Shown here: one piece after another, positions 28,963-38,217 of the stretch
Position numbering within the stretch: the first letter of the stretch is position 1
Layout: each line of letters begins with the position of its first letter
NCBI GenBank assembly: GCA_034420695.1
Contig: DAOULB010000006.1
Coordinates: 2,615-66,614 of the forward strand
DNA: 64,000 nt
DNA from: Dehalococcoidia bacterium
GTDB lineage: Bacteria; Chloroflexota; Dehalococcoidia; Lucifugimonadales; UBA3495
Reading direction: 5' to 3'
Notes under the pieces: generated by a model
What the model was told of the DNA's origin: nothing
What the model saw: the letters and a program-made list of their open reading frames with translations, nothing else
Databases searched by the model: none
Program-made: the position numbers and the translations under genes

Positions 28963-30897
28963 CTAGCTTCCTGCACCCGCCGCGGGAGCGGTGCGCCTTA
29001 TCTTTTCCGGGGTGAACAGGCTTACCCGCCGGGCCAAGCCAAGCCAGGCAGTGAGCTGCAGCAGGTTACGGCTGACCACCACGGCGGTGAACATGCTGGC
29101 GGCCACTCCCAGGAATAGGCTGATGGCAAAGCCGGTTACCAGCCCGCCGCCCAGCCGGTCGCCGAACCACAACAGCACCAGGCAGGTAATCATGGTGGAA
29201 ACGTTGCTGTCCCGGATGGCAGGCCACGCCCGGTTGAATCCCACTTCCATGGAGGAGGCCAAGGTGCGGCCTATGCGCATCTCCTCCTTCATCCGTTCAA
29301 ATATGAGGATGTTCGCGTCCACCGCCATACCGATGGACAGGATGAACCCGCCAATGTGGGAAAGGGTCAAAGTAATGGGTATCAGCTTGAACATGGCCAG
29401 AACAACTACTGCATAAAAGACCAAGGCCAAGGAAGCCACCACCCCGGCCATGCGGTAGTAGGCGATCATGAACACCATCACCACGCCAAGGCCCACCAGC
29501 CCTGCCAGCAGGCTGTTCCGCAGCGACTCGGACCCCAGGCGGGCATCCACGTCCCTTTCCTGGATGAGCTTTAGGGGCACCGGCAGACGCCCGGACTCCA
29601 GTTGAATCGACAGCGTCCTGGCCTCTTCCCGGCTGAAATTGCCGGTTATCTGGCTCCGCCCGTCCCTTATCCAAGCCCGGGCTACCGGGGCAATGATCTC
29701 CTCTTCATCCAGGAAAATTGCAATTCTGCCGGTGTCTTGGCGTTGGAAAAGCCGCCTCGTCAGATCGCCGAATACCTCTGAGCCCCGGTCATCGAACTGG
29801 ATGTTTACGGCCCAGCCCACGCCCGAAGGGTCGGCGGAAACGTCGGCCCCAGCCAGGTCGTCTCCGGTGAGGCCAATGTCAGCGTCGGTAAAAGTGAAGC
29901 AACTGATGTCGGCGCAGGTGCGCTCCTTGAACTCCAGTTGCGCGGTCTGCCCGATAAGGGCCTTGGCCTCGTCGATTCCGCTGGTCACCGCGTAGGACGC
30001 CAAGGCCCCGAACTGGGTTTCCAGGCTCTGGGACAGCTCATCCCTGGCGTCCTGGCTCAGGGTGTCGGTATTAATCTGGAACTCCCGGTTACTCTCCTTT
30101 ACGACCCTGTAGTCTTCTACCCCCATCCTGGTAAGAATGTTCTCAATGGCCTCCACTCCGGTGTCAGCCGATACGTCCTCCTGGAACTCGGCCCGGATCA
30201 GGGAGCCGGTGGCGCCGGGCAACTGCACAATGACCCGGTCGTCTCCGAAAAGCTGGATGATCGGTTCCTCGGTGCCGAAGCGGTTCACCCGGCGGTTGAT
30301 AATGTCCAGAACGCCTTCCATCTGGTCGCCGGTAGGTTCGTTGATCCGGTCCACTTGGAAGTCGGCTATGTCTCCGATTCCCTCCTCTAGCGCCTCCCGT
30401 ATCCCCTGCACTCCCTGGTCGCCCAGGGCTCCGGCGGCGACGCGGAAAGTGTTGAGACCCCGTTCCTCCACCGAATAACCCGGCGGCATGGTGTCTGCCA
30501 GCGCCTCTTCAACTTGGGAAGCGGTTACCGGTTGCGGTTCTCCCTGGGCAGTGGCCGAGGTTGAGCCAGCCTCAGTTGAGGCCTGTTCTCCGGCAGTTTC
30601 GCTGGCCCCGCCTTCCTCTGAAGCCTGCTCGCCTTCCTGGGAAGATTCTGCGGCAGCATCGGGAAACACTGGGGCAAACACGACGTCCACCCTTGTCCCC
30701 GTGTCGGCTTGGTAGACCAAGTGGCCCCCGCCGCGCAGGTCCAAGCCCAGCTTCAAGCCCAGGGGCCCGTTGCCGCCCCGTTCCAATGCCGGAAATCCGG
30801 GAAGGTCAATGTTGATATTGCTGAATCCCAGGGCCGCCAAGGCAAGCCCCAAGACAAGAATGATTAGAATTGAAAGCCGGACACTCCGGGCCCGCAT
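28963..30897 (-). CDS. secD: protein translocase subunit SecD (with long acidic/Ser-Thr-rich periplasmic insertion)
   Basis: LGLDLRGG, GMAVDANILIFERMKEE, and the C-terminal TM bundle. Confidence 0.9.
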   Translation of the reverse strand: MRARSVRLSILIILVLGLALAALGFSNINIDLPGFPALERGGNGPLGLKLGLDLRGGGHLVYQADTGTRVDVVFAPVFPDAAAESSQEGEQASEEGGASETAGEQASTEAGSTSATAQGEPQPVTASQVEEALADTMPPGYSVEERGLNTFRVAAGALGDQGVQGIREALEEGIGDIADFQVDRINEPTGDQMEGVLDIINRRVNRFGTEEPIIQLFGDDRVIVQLPGATGSLIRAEFQEDVSADTGVEAIENILTRMGVEDYRVVKESNREFQINTDTLSQDARDELSQSLETQFGALASYAVTSGIDEAKALIGQTAQLEFKERTCADISCFTFTDADIGLTGDDLAGADVSADPSGVGWAVNIQFDDRGSEVFGDLTRRLFQRQDTGRIAIFLDEEEIIAPVARAWIRDGRSQITGNFSREEARTLSIQLESGRLPVPLKLIQERDVDARLGSESLRNSLLAGLVGLGVVMVFMIAYYRMAGVVASLALVFYAVVVLAMFKLIPITLTLSHIGGFILSIGMAVDANILIFERMKEEMRIGRTLASSMEVGFNRAWPAIRDSNVSTMITCLVLLWFGDRLGGGLVTGFAISLFLGVAASMFTAVVVSRNLLQLTAWLGLARRVSLFTPEKIRRTAPAAGAGS

Positions 30898-30900
30898 TGA

Positions 30901-32424
30901 CTACTCCCCCACCTGCCGGCCCGGCATGGACTGCTCCGCCAAGGCCAGCGCTTCCTCTCGAGTGTGAATCTTCCCGGAGGCTTGGGCTTCTACTAAAGTT
31001 TCCAATATTTCACCGACCGCAGGCCCCGGCCCCATGGCCAAGTGCTTCATCACGTCGTGGCCGGTGACCAACCGGTCGGGGCCGGAAGCCTTGGGTTGTT
31101 GCTTCCCGCCCTCCAAAATGCACCCAATCATTCTAGCATGGGCTGACCAGTGCTCCAGTGTCAAATTGGGGCCCTTGGCCGCCAAGTAGTCGGCCAAGGC
31201 AAGGAACAGGGTGTCTACCGCCGCCTCGCCAACGTCGCGGTAATAGCGGTAAATTGCCTTGGGCGTGGGGATTTCGGTTCCCTTGCTCATGTTCGATGGT
31301 CTTAAATGGTGCTCCACCATTCTTGCCACCAAGCCAATGGCCCGGCTCCCCAGCCGCAACTGCCTCAGCCGCTGCTGGGCCACGGAAGCGCCAAGCTCCG
31401 AGTGGCCCAAGAACCGGGTGCGCCCATTCTCATCCACCGCCTTGGTCTGGGGCTTGGCAATGTCGTGGAACAGTGCTCCAAGCTTCAAAATGGTGCGGCG
31501 GGAATGACCGTCTCCGATGCTCTCCCCGAAGTAGCCGTCGGCCTCCGGTGTCCAGGGCGCCAGCATGAAAACCGGCGAGTTCTGGTGCCCCAGGGTGATG
31601 CGCTCTGCCGCCTCCACGCAGTGAAGGGTATGCCCCCAAACATCCCAGTAATGGACCACCGGCTGTTCCACTCCCTTGGTGGCTTCCAGCTCCGGGATGA
31701 CCCGGCACAGCAGCCCCAAGCGGTCCAGGATGTCCAGGTAGCCCTTGGTATTGGCCATCGCGAAAATGGCCATAAGTTCGTCCCTTACCCGCTCCGGTGA
31801 GACCTGTTCCACCCGGTGCGCTTCGGAGCGGACCAGTTGCGACGTGTCCGGATTCAGGGCAAAACCAAGCTGCGAGCAAAGCCGCACCGACCGCAGCAGC
31901 CTCCCCGGGTCCGATTGAAAGACCGAAGGGGAGACTGCCCGTACCCGCTTTTGCAACAGGTCGGTCTGCCCCCCATACGGGTCAATCACCCGGGATGGCC
32001 AGTCAGCTGTGCCCATGTCCTTCAAATCCAGGGCCATGGCGTCAATGGTGAAGTCGCGGCGGGCCAGGTCCTCTTCTATGGGTCCGGAGAACCCGGTTAC
32101 GTCAATGACCCAAGACCGGCCGTCGTCCCCATTAACTCGTCCGGGGACAACAATTCGATAGATGCCGCGAGAAGGGTCGAGGGGCGCCAGGGAGCCGCCC
32201 AAGTCCGCAGCCAAGCCCCTGGCTATTCCGTTCGAATCGCCTTGTACGGCGATATCCACGTCGCCGCCATGGATTCTTGAGCCATGGATTCTTGAAGAAG
32301 GGAGAAAAGCGTCCCGGACACAGCCGCCCACCAAGAAGGCCGGGGTGCCGGTAGCAGAAAGCAGACTGCCAACCCGGTCAAGGACCGGGGAGCCCGGCCC
32401 AATGCCGTGTCTTTCCAGCGCCAT
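30901..32424 (-). CDS. cca: CCA tRNA nucleotidyltransferase / poly(A) polymerase family protein with HD domain
   Basis: FLVGGCVRD...DVDIAV (class II NTase), RDFTIDAM, and HD region LFHDIAKP...GHSELG. Confidence 0.75.
   Translation of the reverse strand: MALERHGIGPGSPVLDRVGSLLSATGTPAFLVGGCVRDAFLPSSRIHGSRIHGGDVDIAVQGDSNGIARGLAADLGGSLAPLDPSRGIYRIVVPGRVNGDDGRSWVIDVTGFSGPIEEDLARRDFTIDAMALDLKDMGTADWPSRVIDPYGGQTDLLQKRVRAVSPSVFQSDPGRLLRSVRLCSQLGFALNPDTSQLVRSEAHRVEQVSPERVRDELMAIFAMANTKGYLDILDRLGLLCRVIPELEATKGVEQPVVHYWDVWGHTLHCVEAAERITLGHQNSPVFMLAPWTPEADGYFGESIGDGHSRRTILKLGALFHDIAKPQTKAVDENGRTRFLGHSELGASVAQQRLRQLRLGSRAIGLVARMVEHHLRPSNMSKGTEIPTPKAIYRYYRDVGEAAVDTLFLALADYLAAKGPNLTLEHWSAHARMIGCILEGGKQQPKASGPDRLVTGHDVMKHLAMGPGPAVGEILETLVEAQASGKIHTREEALALAEQSMPGRQVGE
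32266..32295 (+). repeat. perfect 15-bp tandem duplication inside cca
   Basis: GCCATGGATTCTTGA occurs twice back to back. It encodes SRIHG-SRIHG between the GGxVRD and DxD motifs. Confidence 0.9.
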
Positions 32425-32452
32425 GACAGCCTAAGCCCTGACGGGCCTGGGC

Positions 32453-33073
32453 CTAGGCCCCGCTGCCCGGCTGGTCAACCGGGTCGGTTGCCTGAGAAGT
32501 GGCCTGAGAAGTGGCTTGATGAGATGTGTCCTGGGATCTGGCTTGGGAGGTGGACTGGGTTGCTTCTTCGGTTTCGTCCTCCTCCTCGTCGTCCTGGGGT
32601 TCGTCGGATATCTTCCACAGGCTGTCGGGAGAAACCAAGTGGTCAATGAACAGAACGCCGTTCAGGTGGTCCGTCTCATGCTCCAAGGCCTGTGCCAGCA
32701 GTTCTTCGGCGTTCAGGCGTATCACTTTGCCGTCCAGCCCCAGCGCCCTGGCCCTGACCTGGACCGAGCGTTTGACCATCCCGCGGTATCCGGGCAGGCT
32801 GAGGCACCCTTCCACCACCTCCCTCTCACCCTCCCTGCGGGTTATCTCGGGGTTCACCAGCACCAGTGGTTCGTCCATGTCCGGCGTCTGAATCACCACG
32901 ACCTTCTGCAACGAACCCACTTGGTTGGCCGCCAGCCCCACGCCGTGGTGGCTGTGCATCGTATCCACCATGTCCGCTGCCAGCTTCTTCAGGCCGGGCA
33001 GGATCTTGCCGATCTTCTTGGCCTGGCGGCGCAGAATAGGGTCGGGAACTAGCCGCATGTTCAGAATCGCCAA
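32453..33073 (-). CDS. def: peptide deformylase with acidic/Ser-Thr-Gln-rich C-terminal extension
   Basis: GVGLAANQVG, EGCLSLPG and HETDHLNG, the three Def motifs. Confidence 0.95.
   Translation of the reverse strand: MAILNMRLVPDPILRRQAKKIGKILPGLKKLAADMVDTMHSHHGVGLAANQVGSLQKVVVIQTPDMDEPLVLVNPEITRREGEREVVEGCLSLPGYRGMVKRSVQVRARALGLDGKVIRLNAEELLAQALEHETDHLNGVLFIDHLVSPDSLWKISDEPQDDEEEDETEEATQSTSQARSQDTSHQATSQATSQATDPVDQPGSGA
32491..32526 (+). repeat. 12-nt tandem repeat (2 perfect + 1 degenerate) in the def tail
   Basis: CCTGAGAAGTGG x2 then CTTGATGAGATG. It encodes the ATSQ repeats of the tail. Confidence 0.85.
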
Positions 33074-33232
33074 TTTGAGTCTCCTTTGTCCTTTGGCCTG
33101 CCTTCCACCGGTCTACGCGGAGACGACAAACGGTTGTGCGGCCAAAGGCTGGAATGCTCGATTTTGGAGTCGGTAGGACCGAATTTGGTTCCGGCCATTA
33201 TATTTGCGCCGCAAGAGGGGTGTAAAGGCAAC

Positions 33233-35659
33233 TCAGAGGACGTGGACCGGGTCTACGTCCACGATGCAACCGGGCCCGGGGTTCACTCCCTCCATGAAGC
33301 GGTGGAGGTCCCGTCCCCGCAGCAGCAGATGCCAGCGATGGCGCCCCCTGAGCCGGGATGGTATGCCCGGCGCAGGGCCGATGACCTGAATGCTGGAAAG
33401 TCCTTGGTTGTCCACCTGCCTCCGGAACTCCCGGGCCGTTTCCACGGCGGCGCGCTGGCAGGCGCCTTGGTTGGTGTCCTGCCACACCATGTGGACCAAC
33501 TGGTTGAATGGAGGATTGCCCATCTGGCGCCGGTAGTTGATTTCCTGCTGGTAGAGCAGTCCGTAGTCCTGGCCGGCTGCGGCAGCTATGGCATAGTGGT
33601 CGGGACGGTAGGTCTGTATGACCACCCTTCCGGGATGGACTCCCCGGCCGGCCCGTCCAGCCACTTGGCAAAGCAGTCCGAAATTTCGCTCCCCGGCCCT
33701 GAAGTCCGGCAGGAAGAGCCCCACGTCGGCCAGTATCACCCCTACCAAGGTGACGTTGGGCACGTCCAGTCCCTTCGCAACCAACTGGGTGCCCACCAGG
33801 ACCTGGGTCTGGCCGCTGCTGAACCGCTGCATGATTTCTTCCGGGCCGCTTCCCGTGCGGTTGGCGTCGGCGTCCCACCGCTCCACCGAGGCCCCTGGGA
33901 ACCGTTCCAAAACGGCGTCCACCACCCTCTGGGTGCCAATCCCCATTTGCCTGATGTGCTCACCTTCGCACTGCGGGCACCGGCGGGGGAACCGGGTGCG
34001 GCGGTTGCAGCGGTGGCAGAGCAAGCGGGAATTCAAGGAGTGATAAGTCAGTGAAACGCTGCATGAACGGCACACCGCCACGTAACCGCAGTCCCGGCAC
34101 TGCACGAAAGGGGCGCTGCCCCGGCGGTTAAGGAACAGGATAGTCTGCTGCCCTAAGCTGATGCGTTCCTCCATTGCCGCAGCTAGGGAACGGCTGAAAA
34201 TGCTTCGGTTCCCCTCCTTGAGCTCCTCGCGCATGTCACAGACTTCCACTTGGGCAAGCCGTGAGCCGCCGGGGCTGCCCGGCCCCGGGATGCGCCGGGG
34301 CATTTCCAGCAGCCGGTGGTGGCCGTTCAAGGCTTGATGGTAGGTCTCAACGTCGGGGGTTGCGCTGCCCATCACCACCACCGCCCCGGTTAACTTGGAC
34401 AGTTCCAAGGCAGCGGTCCGGGTGTGATAGAAGGGCTGGGACTCAACCTGCTTGTAGGTCCATTCGTGCTCTTCGTCGATTACCACCATCCCCAGCCGCG
34501 GCACCGGGGCGAACAGGCAACTTCGTGGTCCAACAACCACGTCATAGACCCCGTCTCGAATTTCCCACCAGCGGTCGAACTTCTGCCGTTCCGTCAACCC
34601 GCTGTGCAGCACCGCCACCCTGCCAGGGAAGCGGGAGTTGACCCGGGCCAGGGTCTGGGGAGTCAGGGAAATTTCAGGCACCAAGAAAATAGCTTGGTCT
34701 CCCCGGTCCACCACCTTCTTTATGGCCCGCAGGTACACTTCGGTCTTGCCGCTGCCGGTCACCCCGTGCAGCAGAATGCTCCGGGGCGTTGATTCGAGGT
34801 GATGCAGCAGGTCGGTGATGCGTTCCAGGGCGTCATCCTGTTCCGGGGTCAAGAACAGCGGCTCCTCTTCCGGACCCGTCTCGGTGGCGGTGTTGGGTGA
34901 TTCATGGCGGACCCAGTCCAAGGCCGCCACTCCCCGGTTCACCAGGCTCTGGCCTGTGCCCTGGCCAAATGTCTTGTTCGCCAGTGTCACGGGAAACCCG
35001 CCGTATTCCGTCGAAACCGCCTCGGCCAGCATCCGCTGGCGGCCGCTGAGCTCCTCCACGGCCCCAGCGTCCGGGGTCCCGGCCAATCGGAGGTAACAAT
35101 CGTATCTGGGGGAAATTCTCGGTCGGGGTATGTCCACCCGGCGTTCCACCAACCCCAGGTCAACCAGCTTGGTCAGCTCCCGTTCCCCCGACCGCCCCAA
35201 AAGGTCCAGGAATTGCTTCTCTTCCAAGCTGGGCTTCCCGGCCAGTTGTTCCAGCGCCTCCAGGCTCTGGGGACGCAGTCGCTCCGGTGCCTGTTTTTCT
35301 TTGGAGTCCTGATGAACTCGAGCGGAAATCCGGGAGCGAACGCGGCTCTCGAAGCCCGGCGGCAACATCAGGGCCAGTGATGCGAACAGCGGACAGAGAT
35401 AGTAGCTGCTCATCCAGCGGCCCAAGGCCAGATGGTGATGGTCAACGACCGGCGACGGCTCTACCGCGTCCAGCACGTCCCGGGTTTCCGGTACTTGCGG
35501 CGACTCGGACAACTCCATGACTATCCCTTGGAGCGTCCGGCGTCCAAATGGGACCCAGACCAATTGGCCGGGCTCTAAGGTCATTCGGGAGGGTATATGG
35601 TAGGAAAAGGTGCGGCCTGGGCTTACGGGAGCATCCACCGCCACTTCTGCGTAGTCCAT
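33233..35659 (-). CDS. priA: primosomal protein N' (replication restart helicase PriA)
   Basis: 808 aa with LLHGVTGSGKTEVY (Walker A), VIDEEHE, Cys-rich zinc region CRDCG...CRSC...CHRC...CPQC, GTQLVAKGLD. Confidence 0.95.
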   Translation of the reverse strand: MDYAEVAVDAPVSPGRTFSYHIPSRMTLEPGQLVWVPFGRRTLQGIVMELSESPQVPETRDVLDAVEPSPVVDHHHLALGRWMSSYYLCPLFASLALMLPPGFESRVRSRISARVHQDSKEKQAPERLRPQSLEALEQLAGKPSLEEKQFLDLLGRSGERELTKLVDLGLVERRVDIPRPRISPRYDCYLRLAGTPDAGAVEELSGRQRMLAEAVSTEYGGFPVTLANKTFGQGTGQSLVNRGVAALDWVRHESPNTATETGPEEEPLFLTPEQDDALERITDLLHHLESTPRSILLHGVTGSGKTEVYLRAIKKVVDRGDQAIFLVPEISLTPQTLARVNSRFPGRVAVLHSGLTERQKFDRWWEIRDGVYDVVVGPRSCLFAPVPRLGMVVIDEEHEWTYKQVESQPFYHTRTAALELSKLTGAVVVMGSATPDVETYHQALNGHHRLLEMPRRIPGPGSPGGSRLAQVEVCDMREELKEGNRSIFSRSLAAAMEERISLGQQTILFLNRRGSAPFVQCRDCGYVAVCRSCSVSLTYHSLNSRLLCHRCNRRTRFPRRCPQCEGEHIRQMGIGTQRVVDAVLERFPGASVERWDADANRTGSGPEEIMQRFSSGQTQVLVGTQLVAKGLDVPNVTLVGVILADVGLFLPDFRAGERNFGLLCQVAGRAGRGVHPGRVVIQTYRPDHYAIAAAAGQDYGLLYQQEINYRRQMGNPPFNQLVHMVWQDTNQGACQRAAVETAREFRRQVDNQGLSSIQVIGPAPGIPSRLRGRHRWHLLLRGRDLHRFMEGVNPGPGCIVDVDPVHVL

Positions 35660-35825
35660 GAGGTAAACGCCCGCAATGCGAAATCAGTGGCCTCGGGCAG
35701 CGCCAAACCCTTCCGCTGTCTGTGGGCTGCTGGCTCCTGTAATGCCTGGATTCAGGCTGGACTGCCCGGCTGGCGCCGGATAGCGGAATGGGCCCAATCG
35801 TAGAAACCGTAGAATAGGAAGGAAG

Positions 35826-36188
35826 CTAACCCCGGTTCCTGCGGGGAACGGTCTTTTCCTTGATGCGCGCCGCCCTGCCTTGGAGCCCCCGGAGGTAGTA
35901 GAGCTTGGCCCGCCGCACCGAACCGCGGCGGGTCACTTCCAAGGACTCGATCAGTGGGGAATAAAGCGGGAAGATGCGCTCTATGCCTATCCCCCCGGAG
36001 ATTCGGCGGACGGTGAAGTTGGCAGCAGGCCCATTGCCGTTCTGCAGCCGGATAACCACTCCTTGGAAGGCTTGAATCCGCTCGCGTTCCCCTTCCCTGA
36101 TTCGGAAGTTCACTTTTACGCTGTCGCCGGGCCCGAATGCCGGGATTTCCGGGTTTGAATCGGTCTTCAATAGCTGGGTTGCATCCAT
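35826..36188 (-). CDS. rplS: 50S ribosomal protein L19
   Basis: [29 protein letters not shown]...RRAKLYYLR. Start is at ATG 36188. The longer track ORF (to 36275) would run into the tRNA. Confidence 0.9.
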   Translation of the reverse strand: MDATQLLKTDSNPEIPAFGPGDSVKVNFRIREGERERIQAFQGVVIRLQNGNGPAANFTVRRISGGIGIERIFPLYSPLIESLEVTRRGSVRRAKLYYLRGLQGRAARIKEKTVPRRNRG

Positions 36189-36248
36189 AAAAGGCAGCCT
36201 GCTTCTTTCAGTTATCTGGTTTGGAGGCGCGATGCGGTTTTCAACCGG

Positions 36249-36325
36249 TGGTGGGCGGTAGTGGACTCGAACCACTGACCTCTTGCGTGTCGAGCAAGTA
36301 CTCTAACCAACTGAGCTAACCGCCC
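36249..36325 (-). tRNA. tRNA-Val (anticodon GAC), CCA encoded
   Basis: The minus strand folds by hand into a 77-nt cloverleaf: acceptor GGGCGGT/ACCGCCC, D arm GCTC..GAGT, anticodon stem CTTGC/GCAAG with loop TCGACAC, T arm AGTGG-TTCGAGT-CCACT, then A-CCA. Confidence 0.9.
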
Positions 36326-36345
36326 GGGCGCCGTTGGTGAAATCT

Positions 36346-36375
36346 AGTCTATCAAGGCGTCAACCGGCGGGTCAA
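36346..36375 (-). promoter_or_regulatory. promoter candidate for tRNA-Val/rplS
   Basis: The minus strand reads TTGACC-18 nt-TAGACT, about 20 nt upstream of the tRNA 5' end. Confidence 0.4.
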
Positions 36376-36493
36376 CTGATGCGAAGGCTTCTCTCGGCAG
36401 GGTCGCGCGTCCCATCGCCGCCGAATCCAACCACGAACAAGCCTGCGCCGGCCCACAAAGTCGATGTAGCACAGGGTGCCTTGAGAGGAAGGC

Positions 36494-38002
36494 CTAACCC
36501 CTGGACAGTCTCCGGGAAAGTGAAAGCTTGGGAATCCTTGCCAGTACAAACACCACGCCGCCCAAGGCAGCCACGCTGGCCCCTATTCGAAATACGTCTT
36601 GGAAAGCCAGGACGAAGGACCGGGTCTCCAGTGCTCTTTCGCCGAGACCCTCGGAGGCGAGTTTAGCCAAGTGATGGTCCTGGCTGAATGCTAGCACGCC
36701 CCCCAGGACGGCTATGGAAAACACTGTTCCGCTGGCTTGGGCCAAGGAAAGGGCGGCCGAACCGGTGCCCATTCGTTCTCTGGGCACGCTCCTCATCATC
36801 AGGGCATAGGCGGCCGATTGAAACAGGCCCAAGCCGGATCCCACCACTGCCATGCCCAGAGCCACTCGCAACAGGCTGGTCTCCTGGTCGCAAAGGCTCA
36901 CGAAAAACAGCCCGCCAGTCAGCACAGCCAGCCCCGTCACGCCCACTGTACCCATTTCCATACGGTCACACACCCATCCCCCTATCCAGGACAGGCCGGT
37001 ATAAAAGAAAGCCATGGTTGCCAGCATCAGACCCAGGGTCCCGGCCCCTTTGGCCAAGCCAATGTCGATAAAGAACGGAAAGGCAAACCACACCACGAAC
37101 ACGCCGAAATGGGCCAGGAACATGCTGCTGCAGGAGACCATGAACCCCCGGTTCCTGAGTAGTTGTTCCGGCAGCACCGGCCAGCGGGCCCGGCGCTCCG
37201 AATTCCAGAACCCCCAGACCAGGATTGGAGAAAGGAACAGCAGGGTCAAAACCACCGAGTAAGTCCAGCCTTCCGAACGGCCCAAGCGCAGGCCGATAAC
37301 CAGGCAGACCAAGGCGCCCATCAGGGTTGCGGCTCCAAGCGCGTCAAATGGATGGCTATCCGAGTCTTGGTCTGCCGCGCCGCCCCGGCGGGTTAGACTG
37401 GGAACGGACATGAACTTCACTGCTAGGAGCAGGGCGGCCAGCGCAAATGGCACCCGGCCCATGAATACTGCCTCCCAGCCGAGCAAATTCACCAATGCCC
37501 CGGCCCCCAGGGTTCCCGCCATCATTCCTAGGGCTTGGCTGGCGGTGGCGAAACCCATGGCCAAGCCGCTCCGGTCCATCGGGAAAACCCTGGCTGCCAG
37601 CGCCGGGGACACCGCAAAGAAGGACCCGGTGCCCAACCCCTGCAGCACCCGGAACCCAACCACCGTTTCAAGGTTCGGCGACAGGGCTATGGCGAAGACG
37701 GCCGCCAAGTAGCATACGGCTCCGAAGATGAACACCCGGCGCAGGCCAAACTGGTCGGCAAAGCTGCCGGCTCCCATAACCAGCCCGGCCCGGGTCGCAA
37801 TGAAGGCGATAATGACCCACTGCACGCTCTGTGGGTCGACCTCCAGGCCCCGGGCGATAGCGGGCATTGCCACGTTGACCGAGATGTCCAGCGCCGCCAG
37901 GAACATCCCCAGGCCCGCCGCGGCGGCCACCAGACGTTCGCTCCAAGTCGGTAATACCGAGGCGGCGTAGGGGTTCAGCAACCTGCGGGCCGAAGAACGC
38001 AT
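36494..38002 (-). CDS. MFS transporter, DHA2/EmrB-like (about 14 TM)
   Basis: 502 aa, hydrophobic throughout, with MFS motif-like GSFADQFGLRRVF and many Gly-rich TM segments. Confidence 0.8.
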   Translation of the reverse strand: MRSSARRLLNPYAASVLPTWSERLVAAAAGLGMFLAALDISVNVAMPAIARGLEVDPQSVQWVIIAFIATRAGLVMGAGSFADQFGLRRVFIFGAVCYLAAVFAIALSPNLETVVGFRVLQGLGTGSFFAVSPALAARVFPMDRSGLAMGFATASQALGMMAGTLGAGALVNLLGWEAVFMGRVPFALAALLLAVKFMSVPSLTRRGGAADQDSDSHPFDALGAATLMGALVCLVIGLRLGRSEGWTYSVVLTLLFLSPILVWGFWNSERRARWPVLPEQLLRNRGFMVSCSSMFLAHFGVFVVWFAFPFFIDIGLAKGAGTLGLMLATMAFFYTGLSWIGGWVCDRMEMGTVGVTGLAVLTGGLFFVSLCDQETSLLRVALGMAVVGSGLGLFQSAAYALMMRSVPRERMGTGSAALSLAQASGTVFSIAVLGGVLAFSQDHHLAKLASEGLGERALETRSFVLAFQDVFRIGASVAALGGVVFVLARIPKLSLSRRLSRG

Positions 38003-38116
38003 GTTGACGATTTTACGCCCCCGGGCAAGTGAGCCAGCTATGAACCCCGGAGCAGGGTTCGCCTCTTCGGACCCGGTTGGGGAAGCAGGAGGCTGAGTAG
38101 GCTATAATAAGGCCGC

Positions 38117-38175
38117 AAAAAAGAAAAACCCCGGCGTCATCACCGGTATGAAAACCGGGAGAGGACGACCCGGGG
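38117..38175 (-). terminator. strong intrinsic terminator on the minus strand with no upstream minus-strand gene
   Basis: The minus strand reads CCCCGGGTCGTC-(25 nt with an inner CCGG/CCGG stem)-GACGCCGGGG then TTTTTCTTTTTT. The stem is 10 bp with a 2-nt bulge. Confidence 0.6.
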
Positions 38176-38187
38176 ACTGCATGAACT

Positions 38188-38217
38188 ATTGTATCAAATC
38201 ACAAAGCAGATGTTCAA
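38188..38217 (-). promoter_or_regulatory. sigma70-like promoter candidate directly upstream of the orphan terminator
   Basis: The minus strand reads TTGAAC-18 nt-TACAAT. The -35 abuts the GTG start (38218) of the Abi-like gene on the other strand. Confidence 0.4.
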
